From Bacteroidales bacterium (GTDB lineage Bacteria; Bacteroidota; Bacteroidia; Bacteroidales; UBA10428), in contig JAFGVA010000198.1 in NCBI GenBank assembly GCA_016938235.1, forward strand, positions 64,752 through 128,751: 64,000 nt of DNA, given 5' to 3'. The position numbers were made by a program, and so were the translations under genes. Below the pieces are notes generated by a model that was given only the letters and a program-made list of their open reading frames with translations, did no database searches and was not told where the DNA came from. Below are positions 30,355 to 39,155 of the stretch, one piece after another. The first letter of the stretch is position 1; every line of letters starts with the position of its first letter.

Positions 30355-33096
30355 ATGCAGAAAATAATTAGTTTAATCGCTCTTAGTTTTATTACACTTT
30401 CAATTCTATTCGGACAAGGATACCTGCATGTAGACGGAAAGTATATTTACGATGCAGATGGTGAAGAAGTAATCTTAAGGGGAATTGGCTCCGGCAACTG
30501 GATGATACAGGAAGGATATATGATGAAATCTTCTGATGCCGGACTTGGTACACAGCACGAATTCAGAGCAAAATTACTGGAAACCATTGGTGAGGAAAGA
30601 ACAGATAGTTTTTATACAGCCTGGTTGCAATATCATATGACTAAAACCGACATTGATTCAATGAAAGTCTGGGGTTTTAACAGCCTGAGAGTTGCACTAC
30701 ATTATATCTGGTTCACCCCTCCTATTGAAGATGAACCCGTATCTGGCGAAATTACATGGATTGAAGAAGGTTTTAAAATGCTTGATAATTTACTGGATTG
30801 GTGTACAACCAACGAAATGTACCTGATTCTGGACATGCACGGCACACCCGGCGGACAAGGAAAAAACGCCGACATCTCCGATTACGATCCTTCAAAACCC
30901 TCGTTATGGGAAAGTCAGGACAACAGAGTCAAGCTTATTGCTTTATGGAGAAAACTTGCAGAACGTTACAGCGAAGAGCCCTGGATTGGTGGTTACGATT
31001 TAATTAATGAGACCAACTGGGATTTCGAGAACTCGGGCAACGAAAATGGATGCAATTGCAACCAAAACAAACCCTTGCAAACTTTATTCGAAGATATTAT
31101 TGATGCTATTCGTGAAGTCGATACCAACCATATCGTTTTTGCAGGTGGAAATTGCTGGGGCAATAATTATAACGGCATGGATGATTTAGCTGCTTATGAT
31201 GATAATCTTGTTTTCAGCTTTCATAAATACTGGAGTTACAACCACTCCAATTCATTAGATTGGATAAGCAGCAAAAGAGAAATCCTGAATGTACCTGTAT
31301 GGCTAGGTGAAAGTGGCGAAAACTCCAATACATGGTATACAAATGCCATTGCACTTTGCGAGAACAATCGTGTGGGGTGGTCGTGGTGGCCGGTAAAAAA
31401 GAGCAGTATAAACAGCATCTTAAGTGTAGAGGCAAATCCTGAATATGAGGATCTGTTAAACTATTGGCAGCATGGTGGTACTGCACCAACAGAAGAAGAA
31501 GCATTTGAAGCTGTTTTAGGCTGGGCCGAGCAACATAGAATCGAAAATTGTGTAATCCAGTATGATGTTATTGATGCGATGATTCGTCAGCCGCATACTA
31601 CCGATGTTAAACCCTATAAATCGTATAAAGCAGGAGAAACTGTTTATGCGACAGATTATGATTTAGGAAGAAACGGATATGCCTATTTTGATACGGATAC
31701 AGCCGATTACCATTCAGAAGGAGTCGACTACATTTCGTGGAATGCAGGCTGGGCTTACAGAAGCGATGGAGTAGATATTGAGGATTGTTCTGATGCCGAA
31801 ACAAATGGATACAATATTGGGTGGACTGCAGATAATGAATGGACACAATACACCGTCACTTCCGATTCAACTGCAGGATATACTTTGCATATCAGGCATA
31901 CCTCCGGTGGCTCAGGTAGTAAAATTCATTTCGAAATTGATGGAGTACCTGCCTCTAATACTATTAGTTTACCTGGTACCGGAGGCTGGCAAAACTGGGA
32001 AACATACGAACTGGAAAATTTTGTTTTCCCGGAAGGAACACATAAACTTAAACTCTATTGGGAGCAGGGTGGTTCAAACCTGAATTATATAAAACTGAGA
32101 AACGCTGTTGAGTTAAACACAATAAGCTTTAAAAGTTTATATGCCGAAACCTCAACCGATGGAATGATAATAAACCTTGCATTGAACAAAAGTGTTAGTT
32201 CCGGAAACACTGAAATTGATGCTACCGAATTTTCTGTATTGAGCAACGGAACTTCTGTTTCCATCGATTCAATAAGAATAAATCCTGATAATAACAGGTT
32301 ACTTACTATATACCTTTCTGAGCAAATTTTCTATGGAACAACAACTACCATTTCATATACCGGTACTTCAGTGACCAGTTCACAAACTCAACTTGAAGAT
32401 TTTTCAAACCTGTCGGTTGTAAATAAATTGCCTGTACGGCATAATATTCCGGGGAAAATTGAGGCTGAAGACTTCAATGTAAACAATGGGCTTGTTCTGG
32501 AAACCTGCGAAGATGCCGGAGGCGGACAAAATACCGGATATGCAGCAGCAGGCGATTTCCTTGATTACCTGGTTTATGTTACCGAAACCGGAACGTTTAA
32601 ATTCGATTTCAGAGTTGCTTCTGATTACAATAACTCCAGACTACTTATTCAGCATAACGAAAGTGGTGATTTAGTTACAGTTGATACCATTACTTTTAAT
32701 AATACCGGTGGTTGGCAAAGCTGGAATACACAATCAACTGTTGCTTCTTTACCCAAAGGCAGATATACCCTGCGCCTGAAGGTTTTAAACGGCGAATACA
32801 ACCTCAATTGGTTCGAAATAAGCAAGTACTCTTCAATTGGTTCAGTATGGCAACTTCCGGATGTTAAAATTTATCCAAATCCGGCCTCAGACTATATGCA
32901 GATTGAATTAAGTGAGCTTCCGAAACAGGTGGTAAAGCTAAATCTTTATAATATTTATGGCACTTTGGTTATGAACCTGCCGTTAGATTCCGGTTTTCTC
33001 TCGATCGACACACAAAAACTGAACAAAGGCATTTACACCTTACTCCTGTATGCAGAAGGAGAGGTTTTTTATGCGAATAAAATAGCGGTACTTTAA
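30355..33096 (+). CDS. GH5 endoglucanase-type hydrolase with two CBM6-like modules, an Ig-like spacer and a T9SS C-terminal sorting domain
   Basis: 913 aa with a signal peptide. The GH5 core is GFNSLRVALHY, LILDMHGTPGGQ, GYDLINETNW (acid/base Glu), HKYW and VWLGESGEN (nucleophile Glu). The two CBM6-like blocks are ...GGWQNWETYEL...LNYIKL and IEAEDFNVNNG...GGWQSWNT...LNWFEI. The tail is IYPNPASDYMQIEL...GIYTLLLYAEG. Confidence 0.8.
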   Translation: MQKIISLIALSFITLSILFGQGYLHVDGKYIYDADGEEVILRGIGSGNWMIQEGYMMKSSDAGLGTQHEFRAKLLETIGEERTDSFYTAWLQYHMTKTDIDSMKVWGFNSLRVALHYIWFTPPIEDEPVSGEITWIEEGFKMLDNLLDWCTTNEMYLILDMHGTPGGQGKNADISDYDPSKPSLWESQDNRVKLIALWRKLAERYSEEPWIGGYDLINETNWDFENSGNENGCNCNQNKPLQTLFEDIIDAIREVDTNHIVFAGGNCWGNNYNGMDDLAAYDDNLVFSFHKYWSYNHSNSLDWISSKREILNVPVWLGESGENSNTWYTNAIALCENNRVGWSWWPVKKSSINSILSVEANPEYEDLLNYWQHGGTAPTEEEAFEAVLGWAEQHRIENCVIQYDVIDAMIRQPHTTDVKPYKSYKAGETVYATDYDLGRNGYAYFDTDTADYHSEGVDYISWNAGWAYRSDGVDIEDCSDAETNGYNIGWTADNEWTQYTVTSDSTAGYTLHIRHTSGGSGSKIHFEIDGVPASNTISLPGTGGWQNWETYELENFVFPEGTHKLKLYWEQGGSNLNYIKLRNAVELNTISFKSLYAETSTDGMIINLALNKSVSSGNTEIDATEFSVLSNGTSVSIDSIRINPDNNRLLTIYLSEQIFYGTTTTISYTGTSVTSSQTQLEDFSNLSVVNKLPVRHNIPGKIEAEDFNVNNGLVLETCEDAGGGQNTGYAAAGDFLDYLVYVTETGTFKFDFRVASDYNNSRLLIQHNESGDLVTVDTITFNNTGGWQSWNTQSTVASLPKGRYTLRLKVLNGEYNLNWFEISKYSSIGSVWQLPDVKIYPNPASDYMQIELSELPKQVVKLNLYNIYGTLVMNLPLDSGFLSIDTQKLNKGIYTLLLYAEGEVFYANKIAVL

Positions 33097-33161
33097 TTTC
33101 GTGTTTTTCTAAAACAAGCCTGTAAGATTAGTAAGAACCTTGACAGGGTAATGGTAGAGAA

Positions 33162-33194
33162 CAAAAAAAAGGCTCAATTTGGAGCCCTTTTTTG
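33162..33194. terminator. Putative bidirectional terminator between convergent genes
   Basis: A8-GGCTC-AATTTG-GAGCC-C-T6: a short 5-bp GC-rich stem flanked by A and T tracts. Confidence 0.45.
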
Positions 33195-33214
33195 CTTAAA
33201 AAGTTTATTTCTGA

Positions 33215-34498
33215 TTATTCTGTTCTTTCTTTGAACTCGCCAAGTGTTTTTGTAAATATCCAAATAGCAACTATACCAATGACCGTATGTACTGCTAATG
33301 TATACATGATATTTTGGGGATTTCCTGATTTTTCAAAACTGCCCAATAAACCTGTATAAGCACCACTTAACAAAGCACCAATAGCTGTTGCAAGAAAATT
33401 AGTACCCATATACAAACCTGCTTTTTCTTTAGGAGCAATCCACATTATATATTCCTGAATCCTTGGTGAAGAAATCATTTCACCTACCGCAAAAAGAAAT
33501 ACTCCCAAGAAAACTAAGCTTGCAGTTGAAGTAACAGATATACCCAATACAATAAAACCTGCTGATGCAATTAATAATCCTAACAGGAATGATGGTATTG
33601 CTGCTCTTTTTTCAAATATTCTTGAAACAATTAGTTGGAATACAATTATTATATAACCAGTATGCGATATTGCCTCTGCATTAATCTTCCAAACGTCATC
33701 TTCCTGACTTGAAATAAAATTAGTGACTGCTTCTCCTAAAATACCTTTAACTGAATTATATAAATTAGCCGTATCTAAATAGTCATTAATATATACTGGC
33801 AATACGTTAAAAAAAGCCCAAAAAGGTAACCAGAAAAAAACTCCGAGTAAGATAATGAATGTCAAGAATTTTACATCTGAAAGTGCCTCGGCCATATCCT
33901 GAAACTTTTTCTTTAAAGTTACACCTTCAATTTCTCTAGGAGGTTCTTTATAAAATAATAAAGTAACAATAAACATGAGAAGAATTGTTCCTGCTGCAGT
34001 GTAAAAAACATAATCCCAGGACATGGCTCTTAGCTTACCCATTACTATTGGCCCGAAAGAAGCGCCCAAGTTTACCATAGCATAAAAAATACCAAATCCT
34101 AAAGTTTTATTTGTAGAATCAGTGGTAGCACGTACGGTGGCAGATATTAGGGGTTTAAATATACCTGCGGCAAATCCAATTGATAACATTGTTAATGCTA
34201 TTCCTGAAAAAGATTGTGTAATTATTAATAACAAGATTGAAGGTAGGTATGCAAGGTATGCTACAATAAGAACCTTTTTAAACCCATATTTATCAGCTAT
34301 TGTGCCAGATATAAGAGGTGTTAGATATGATAAAAGCAAGAATATACTTTGGATGATTCCTAAATCACCTTTGGAAAATCCAAGTTGTTGCAGATAAATA
34401 CCGAAACTCATATAAATGCCATAGTAGGCAAAGCGTTCCAGAACCTCAATACCATTTGCTACCCAAAACACCTTTGGGAATTTTGTTCTTTTACTCAT
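33215..34498 (-). CDS. POT/PTR2-family (MFS) proton-dependent oligopeptide transporter
   Basis: 427 aa and polytopic. EVLERFAYYG fits the ExxERFxYY PTR2 signature near the N-terminus. Confidence 0.8.
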   Translation of the reverse strand: MSKRTKFPKVFWVANGIEVLERFAYYGIYMSFGIYLQQLGFSKGDLGIIQSIFLLLSYLTPLISGTIADKYGFKKVLIVAYLAYLPSILLLIITQSFSGIALTMLSIGFAAGIFKPLISATVRATTDSTNKTLGFGIFYAMVNLGASFGPIVMGKLRAMSWDYVFYTAAGTILLMFIVTLLFYKEPPREIEGVTLKKKFQDMAEALSDVKFLTFIILLGVFFWLPFWAFFNVLPVYINDYLDTANLYNSVKGILGEAVTNFISSQEDDVWKINAEAISHTGYIIIVFQLIVSRIFEKRAAIPSFLLGLLIASAGFIVLGISVTSTASLVFLGVFLFAVGEMISSPRIQEYIMWIAPKEKAGLYMGTNFLATAIGALLSGAYTGLLGSFEKSGNPQNIMYTLAVHTVIGIVAIWIFTKTLGEFKERTE

Positions 34499-34523
34499 TG
34501 TTTGTATGTTTTGATTTCTTATT

Positions 34524-34531
34524 CAAATATA
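34524..34531 (-). promoter_or_regulatory. Candidate -7 promoter element (TATATTTG) for the POT transporter gene
   Basis: TAnnTTTG match on the minus strand, 25 nt upstream of the ATG at 34498. Confidence 0.3.
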
Positions 34532-34665
34532 TAAATCTTCGGAAAACACACGATAAAAGTATACATAAACCTGATTTTTTGAAGTGACATATATCACCGG
34601 TTTTCCTGAAACAAATTTCAAAATGTTAAGTAAACAAGGTATACAAACCAAAAGAACAGTTAGTT

Positions 34666-34965
34666 ATGAGTAAAAGCAGGATAATAGCTTTTGGATTTGC
34701 ATTCATGTTTTCAGTTTTGTTGGCAGTTAACACAAGCGCACAGGCTGAGCACCAGGTAATCCAAAGCGATGTAATTAAAGTTAACCTTCGTTCACCGGGC
34801 CAATACCGTGCAACCCGATACATCGAAAACAACGGTCAGAAACGCAAAATAAACAGAAAGCTTAAGGTTTTAAATGGCGATATGTGTCCTACATTCGACA
34901 TTTATGTCTCAAAACCAAAAGTAAAAAGGGAAAAGTTATTAGCCAGGAAAAGAAATAAAAGTTAA
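34666..34965 (+). CDS. Small secreted hypothetical protein with a Lys/Arg-rich tail
   Basis: 99 aa with a plausible signal peptide (FSVLLAVNTSAQA) and the basic C-terminus KPKVKREKLLARKRNKS. I do not recognise a family. Confidence 0.35.
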   Translation: MSKSRIIAFGFAFMFSVLLAVNTSAQAEHQVIQSDVIKVNLRSPGQYRATRYIENNGQKRKINRKLKVLNGDMCPTFDIYVSKPKVKREKLLARKRNKS

Positions 34966-35113
34966 AATTTTTTGTGTGAAATATTAATTTTTCGTTTAAG
35001 GTCTGAGTAATCAGGCCTTTTTTTATCTTAATAATACTCATCGTTTGCAAATGCCTGAATTACTTCTAATTTTGCTTAGGTACACTTTGGTTTTTTGGCC
35101 TAATTAAATATAA

Positions 35114-36502
35114 ATGACAACTGAAGCACTTCTGAAAAGAGAACAATTACTCAAAAGCGTTTTCGCCGAGCTTAATAAGTTTGTCGATTTAAAAAATACA
35201 TTGAATACCGTAATAAGGTTAATTAAAGAAAGTACAGGAATTGAGGCTGTGAGTATTCGCTTAAACGAAGAGAACGATTACCCCTATTTCGTACATACCG
35301 GATTCCCGGAAAGTTTTATCCGCTCCGAAAATCATATCCATCATCAATCAGCAGGTAAAAAACAGGAACCCATAAACAGCAAACCTAAACTCGATTGTTT
35401 GTGCGGTAATGTAATCAGGGGGACATATAACGCTGCTTTCGATTATTATACCGAAAAAGGCAGTTACTGGACCAACAGTTCGACAGATAACACCCCGGCT
35501 TTATTAAAAAACGAAACAAACACCCATATTCGTAATCATTGTAATGCATGCGGGTACGAATCGGTAGGTTTATTTCCCATTAAAACAAGAGAAGAAAATA
35601 TCGGACTCATACAATTAAACGATAAGCGCAAAAATTTCTTTAACAATAACGTAATTGAGTTCATGGAAATAATTGGCGAACAGGTCGGTACCTCCATCGA
35701 AAATGCCTTATTATACGAAAAATTAAAGAACAACAACATCGAACTACAGAGCAAACTCGATGAACTAAACCATATGCAACAGCATATGCTTGAATCGAAA
35801 AAAATGATTGCCCTTGCCGATATGGTAACCGGTATTGCTCATGAAATAAACAATCCAGTTAACGAAGCTATATACCGGCTGCGAAACCTTCAAACCGAAA
35901 CCAGAAAGCTCAAAGAAAATGCCAGTGCATATTCTGAAGAAATTGAAGAAATAATTAACCGGGAAATAGAAATATACAACCAGATAAATGGAGTAAAAGA
36001 ACTCGTTAACAGTTTTAGAAGTATAGCTTTTGACCAGTTCCAGGAAAACAGGCATCTCATAAATATAAAAACATTCCTGGAAGATGTTACTAAAATTATA
36101 AAAGCCACCTTTAAGGAAAAATCGATCGATTATTTTATTGAATGTAACGCGAATGCTGAAATTATGAGCTTCGGAGGAGTTTTGTCGCAGGTTATAACTC
36201 ACCTGATAAGAAATTCATACCTGCATGGTTTCAGACATAAAAACTTTGGCAAGGTATTTATAAAATGCTCATTTACAGACGATGATTTTTTTGAGATTCG
36301 TATTGCTGACAATGGTTCCGGTATTCCCGAAAACATAAAGGATAAAATATTTGAACCTTTCTTCACTACTGACAAAAAGAACCACCTGGGACTAGGTTTG
36401 TACACTGCCCGGAATCTGATGAAAAACAAGCTGAAAGGTGAAATTATGTTTGATGACAGCCAATCGGAAACTACCGATTTTGTGATTCGGATACCTTTTT
36501 AA
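35114..36502 (+). CDS. Cytoplasmic GAF-domain sensor histidine kinase (no adjacent response regulator)
   Basis: 462 aa. It has a GAF-like N-half (…ENIGLIQLNDKR…), the H-box GIAHEINNP, the N-box LIRNSYLHG, and G-boxes DNGSGIP and HLGLGLY. Confidence 0.8.
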   Translation: MTTEALLKREQLLKSVFAELNKFVDLKNTLNTVIRLIKESTGIEAVSIRLNEENDYPYFVHTGFPESFIRSENHIHHQSAGKKQEPINSKPKLDCLCGNVIRGTYNAAFDYYTEKGSYWTNSSTDNTPALLKNETNTHIRNHCNACGYESVGLFPIKTREENIGLIQLNDKRKNFFNNNVIEFMEIIGEQVGTSIENALLYEKLKNNNIELQSKLDELNHMQQHMLESKKMIALADMVTGIAHEINNPVNEAIYRLRNLQTETRKLKENASAYSEEIEEIINREIEIYNQINGVKELVNSFRSIAFDQFQENRHLINIKTFLEDVTKIIKATFKEKSIDYFIECNANAEIMSFGGVLSQVITHLIRNSYLHGFRHKNFGKVFIKCSFTDDDFFEIRIADNGSGIPENIKDKIFEPFFTTDKKNHLGLGLYTARNLMKNKLKGEIMFDDSQSETTDFVIRIPF

Positions 36503-36660
36503 ACAAACTGCATTTTTACTGTTTTTAACCTTGTAATTCAGAATGCTGATTCAAGTTTAAATATAAAGGAAACGAAATTATTGAGATGAACATTAAAGCT
36601 TTCCATTAAGGATTTAATGCTCCCGGTACCTGATTCAAAAAACCCTTATACACGTTTAGC

Positions 36661-37008
36661 CTATTGCATTAATAATTTTTCGCGTGCGTGTGCCAGGTAA
36701 ATTTTATAGTCCCAAAGATTATTGAAATTTACCGGATGGTATTGAACGGGAATGGAATATTCCTCGATAGCTTTCTCCCTTTCTGTCAAAAACTCTTTAA
36801 AAGAATGAATTCCCCGGGGTTCCGACGAAAGTAAATTATAAGTGATAACCAGCATGTTTGAAATTATAAGTTTAGCTTCCAGGAATGATTTACGGATTAA
36901 ATAACCTGTTTTGGACGTCGAATCTTTTTGGGCATTCAGATACCGGGTAATCCAGTCCCATTCTTCGAGCAGCATCAGTTCATTTTGTGTCCAACTGTAA
37001 ATTATCAT
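36661..37008 (-). CDS. Hypothetical protein
   Basis: A 115-aa ORF on the same strand as, and downstream of, the YkgJ-like gene. I recognise no motif. Confidence 0.35.
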   Translation of the reverse strand: MIIYSWTQNELMLLEEWDWITRYLNAQKDSTSKTGYLIRKSFLEAKLIISNMLVITYNLLSSEPRGIHSFKEFLTEREKAIEEYSIPVQYHPVNFNNLWDYKIYLAHAREKLLMQ

Positions 37009-37103
37009 GGTTTTTGGTTTTAAGGTTTAGATAACACCAATCAAATGCTATGCCAATTTCTAACATGTTTCTGAATTAATTTTTTAATAAACCTTAAATA
37101 AAG

Positions 37104-37616
37104 TTATTTTTTAAGCTCATTTAAATCAACAAGTTCTATTGCGTCATACTCTTTATCTTTGAAAGTCTGAATAAATTCTTTATTAAGCATATAGGCCTTA
37201 CTGTTAAAAGTATCTTCGTAAAAAACATTGTTATGTTCAAACTTCTCGAGCGGATACCCAATGAAGTTTAAATCGCAGAACGACACTTCGTATGCACCTG
37301 CTTCTTCGTTTAACCTCACCAGCGGATAACCTTGTGTACGGCAAATCATCGGACGATGCTCATAAATTACACAACGATTGTCAACAAGGAATTTGCATTG
37401 GTCGGGGGTGGCATTTTCATTAATTTTTATATCCTTGTCTTTAAGCACTTTCTGAATAGCATGAAATTCAACAGGTAAAATTTTAAAGGACTGGCAACAT
37501 TTTGAACAACCTTCTTTGCATTTCATTTGCTTATGGTGAACTTTCCAGAGTTTTTGACACTCTTCATCCACCTTATCACGTATATTTATATATGCATCGA
37601 AATATTTTTTGCTCAT
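37104..37616 (-). CDS. YkgJ-family (UPF0153) cysteine-cluster protein
   Basis: 170 aa with CKEGCSKCCQSF and VDNRCVIYEHRPMICRT, the CxxCxxCC plus C..Y..RP..CR pattern. Confidence 0.7.
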   Translation of the reverse strand: MSKKYFDAYINIRDKVDEECQKLWKVHHKQMKCKEGCSKCCQSFKILPVEFHAIQKVLKDKDIKINENATPDQCKFLVDNRCVIYEHRPMICRTQGYPLVRLNEEAGAYEVSFCDLNFIGYPLEKFEHNNVFYEDTFNSKAYMLNKEFIQTFKDKEYDAIELVDLNELKK

Positions 37617-37753
37617 CTTTCAATTATTCTATTTTCAAGATAGAAAAAAAAAAGCAGAACAAAAAAATTACAGGTATTTATCTGTTTTTCAGAGCAAAGA
37701 ATTTACAAGGTTCTTTTAGGTTACTACATCTTTAAGCTTATCAGCTATTGCTC

Positions 37754-39079
37754 TCAGGGTTTGATAAGTGCGTCAAGTTGTGTGTTGTACTTCTCAAATA
37801 TTTTTAATGTAGATGTATCTGAAGAAAACACAGAATTTAAACCTTGGGGTTCCTGAGGTGGATCTCCCATAAAGCTGTCGCCGGGTTTCCAGATAAAACC
37901 GGCACTTTGGGTTCTTGCCATGCCGCCCCACGCCCAAAAATTCAGCCCAGCCATAGGAGAACCATCTTTTGCTTTCTCAACCACCTTGCTGAATAATGCA
38001 TCCAGGTATCTGTCGCGATAAGCTGTTGTTGTGTCAGGTGAGAATGAGCCCCCATCACGTTCCAGACCAAATTCTTCTAAAACCGTTGGTTTGTTTAGCT
38101 CTGCCGCTTTCTCAACATGTTCAGCAAAGTAATCAAGTGTATTCTGAAGTGAAGGTTCAAAGCTTGAAGTATCGTGAACCTTGTACCAACCCCAGTTTTT
38201 TGGCCAGATATGAAAAGTCAGATAATCAATATTTGGGCACTGATGCGCTTCGGAATAAATCGACATATCAAAACGGCTACCCATTGTTCCCTCATTTCCT
38301 GTGGAGACCAGGTGATTCGGATCCAGTGATTTAATGTAATCTGAAGTTGAATAGACCCAATCAATAAATGCTTTCCGGTTTATCGGGTTTTCAGCTGCAT
38401 CGGGCGCTGGTCGTGGCTCATTTCCCAACTGCCATGCCATGATGTTTGAATCATTTTTGTAAACAACCCCGGTAACTGTATTTTTCCTGTTAACTAGCAT
38501 CCTGATGTAATCACGATAAATAGCATTTGCCTCATCATTTATATAGAACTTTGCCGATTGTTCCTGAAATCCGTCCCAATCGCCTGTTTTATCGGGATCG
38601 ATTATTTCCTCGCCGGTTACCCAGTTGATGTATTGCGACATGCCTCCCGACCACTGCCAGTAATTGTTTAAGACCAAAACGGCTTTCATATTTCGTTTTG
38701 CAAGTTCTGCCATCAGGAAATCCAGTCCCTTCAGAAGCTCCTCGTTGTAAACCCTGGGCGCTGTCTGAAATGCCGGTTTAACAGACATCTCAAGTGCCGA
38801 TTCTTCGGAGGCTGCCATAATTCGAAGATTGGTAATTTTGTATTCTGCCAGTTGGTCAAGCTCTTTGAGTAATCTGTCTCTGTCTCCTTTCACTAAATCG
38901 GCAGCAAGATAGGCTCCATGCCAGAAATTAGCTCCAAAATAATAATAAGGATTCCCATTTAAAATAAATTGCTCTCCCTTTACTCTTACAAACGATTGCG
39001 AATCATCAGACGAACATGCATTAAAACCCGGTGCCATAATAATAAAAGATAGTATCGTTATTAATTTAATTAGTCTCAT
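37754..39079 (-). CDS. GH5 endo-beta-1,4-mannanase, lipoprotein
   Basis: 441 aa with the signal PGFNACSS. Blocks are FVRVKGEQFILNGNPYYYFGANFWHG, LNNYWQWSGGMSQY, WQLGNEPR (acid/base Glu) and VLEEFG (nucleophile Glu). Confidence 0.75.
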   Translation of the reverse strand: MRLIKLITILSFIIMAPGFNACSSDDSQSFVRVKGEQFILNGNPYYYFGANFWHGAYLAADLVKGDRDRLLKELDQLAEYKITNLRIMAASEESALEMSVKPAFQTAPRVYNEELLKGLDFLMAELAKRNMKAVLVLNNYWQWSGGMSQYINWVTGEEIIDPDKTGDWDGFQEQSAKFYINDEANAIYRDYIRMLVNRKNTVTGVVYKNDSNIMAWQLGNEPRPAPDAAENPINRKAFIDWVYSTSDYIKSLDPNHLVSTGNEGTMGSRFDMSIYSEAHQCPNIDYLTFHIWPKNWGWYKVHDTSSFEPSLQNTLDYFAEHVEKAAELNKPTVLEEFGLERDGGSFSPDTTTAYRDRYLDALFSKVVEKAKDGSPMAGLNFWAWGGMARTQSAGFIWKPGDSFMGDPPQEPQGLNSVFSSDTSTLKIFEKYNTQLDALIKP

Positions 39080-39155
39080 TATTGAATAGTATTGATATCG
39101 GTTTAATATTTTGAGTTAATTGTATTTAAAGTCTGTATTACAACAGATTTGTCAT

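Noticed and set aside
35765-36202. 145-aa and 72-aa ORFs antisense to the GAF histidine kinase
   Set aside because: These are shadow ORFs inside a kinase gene with intact H, N and G boxes, and there is no independent support for them.
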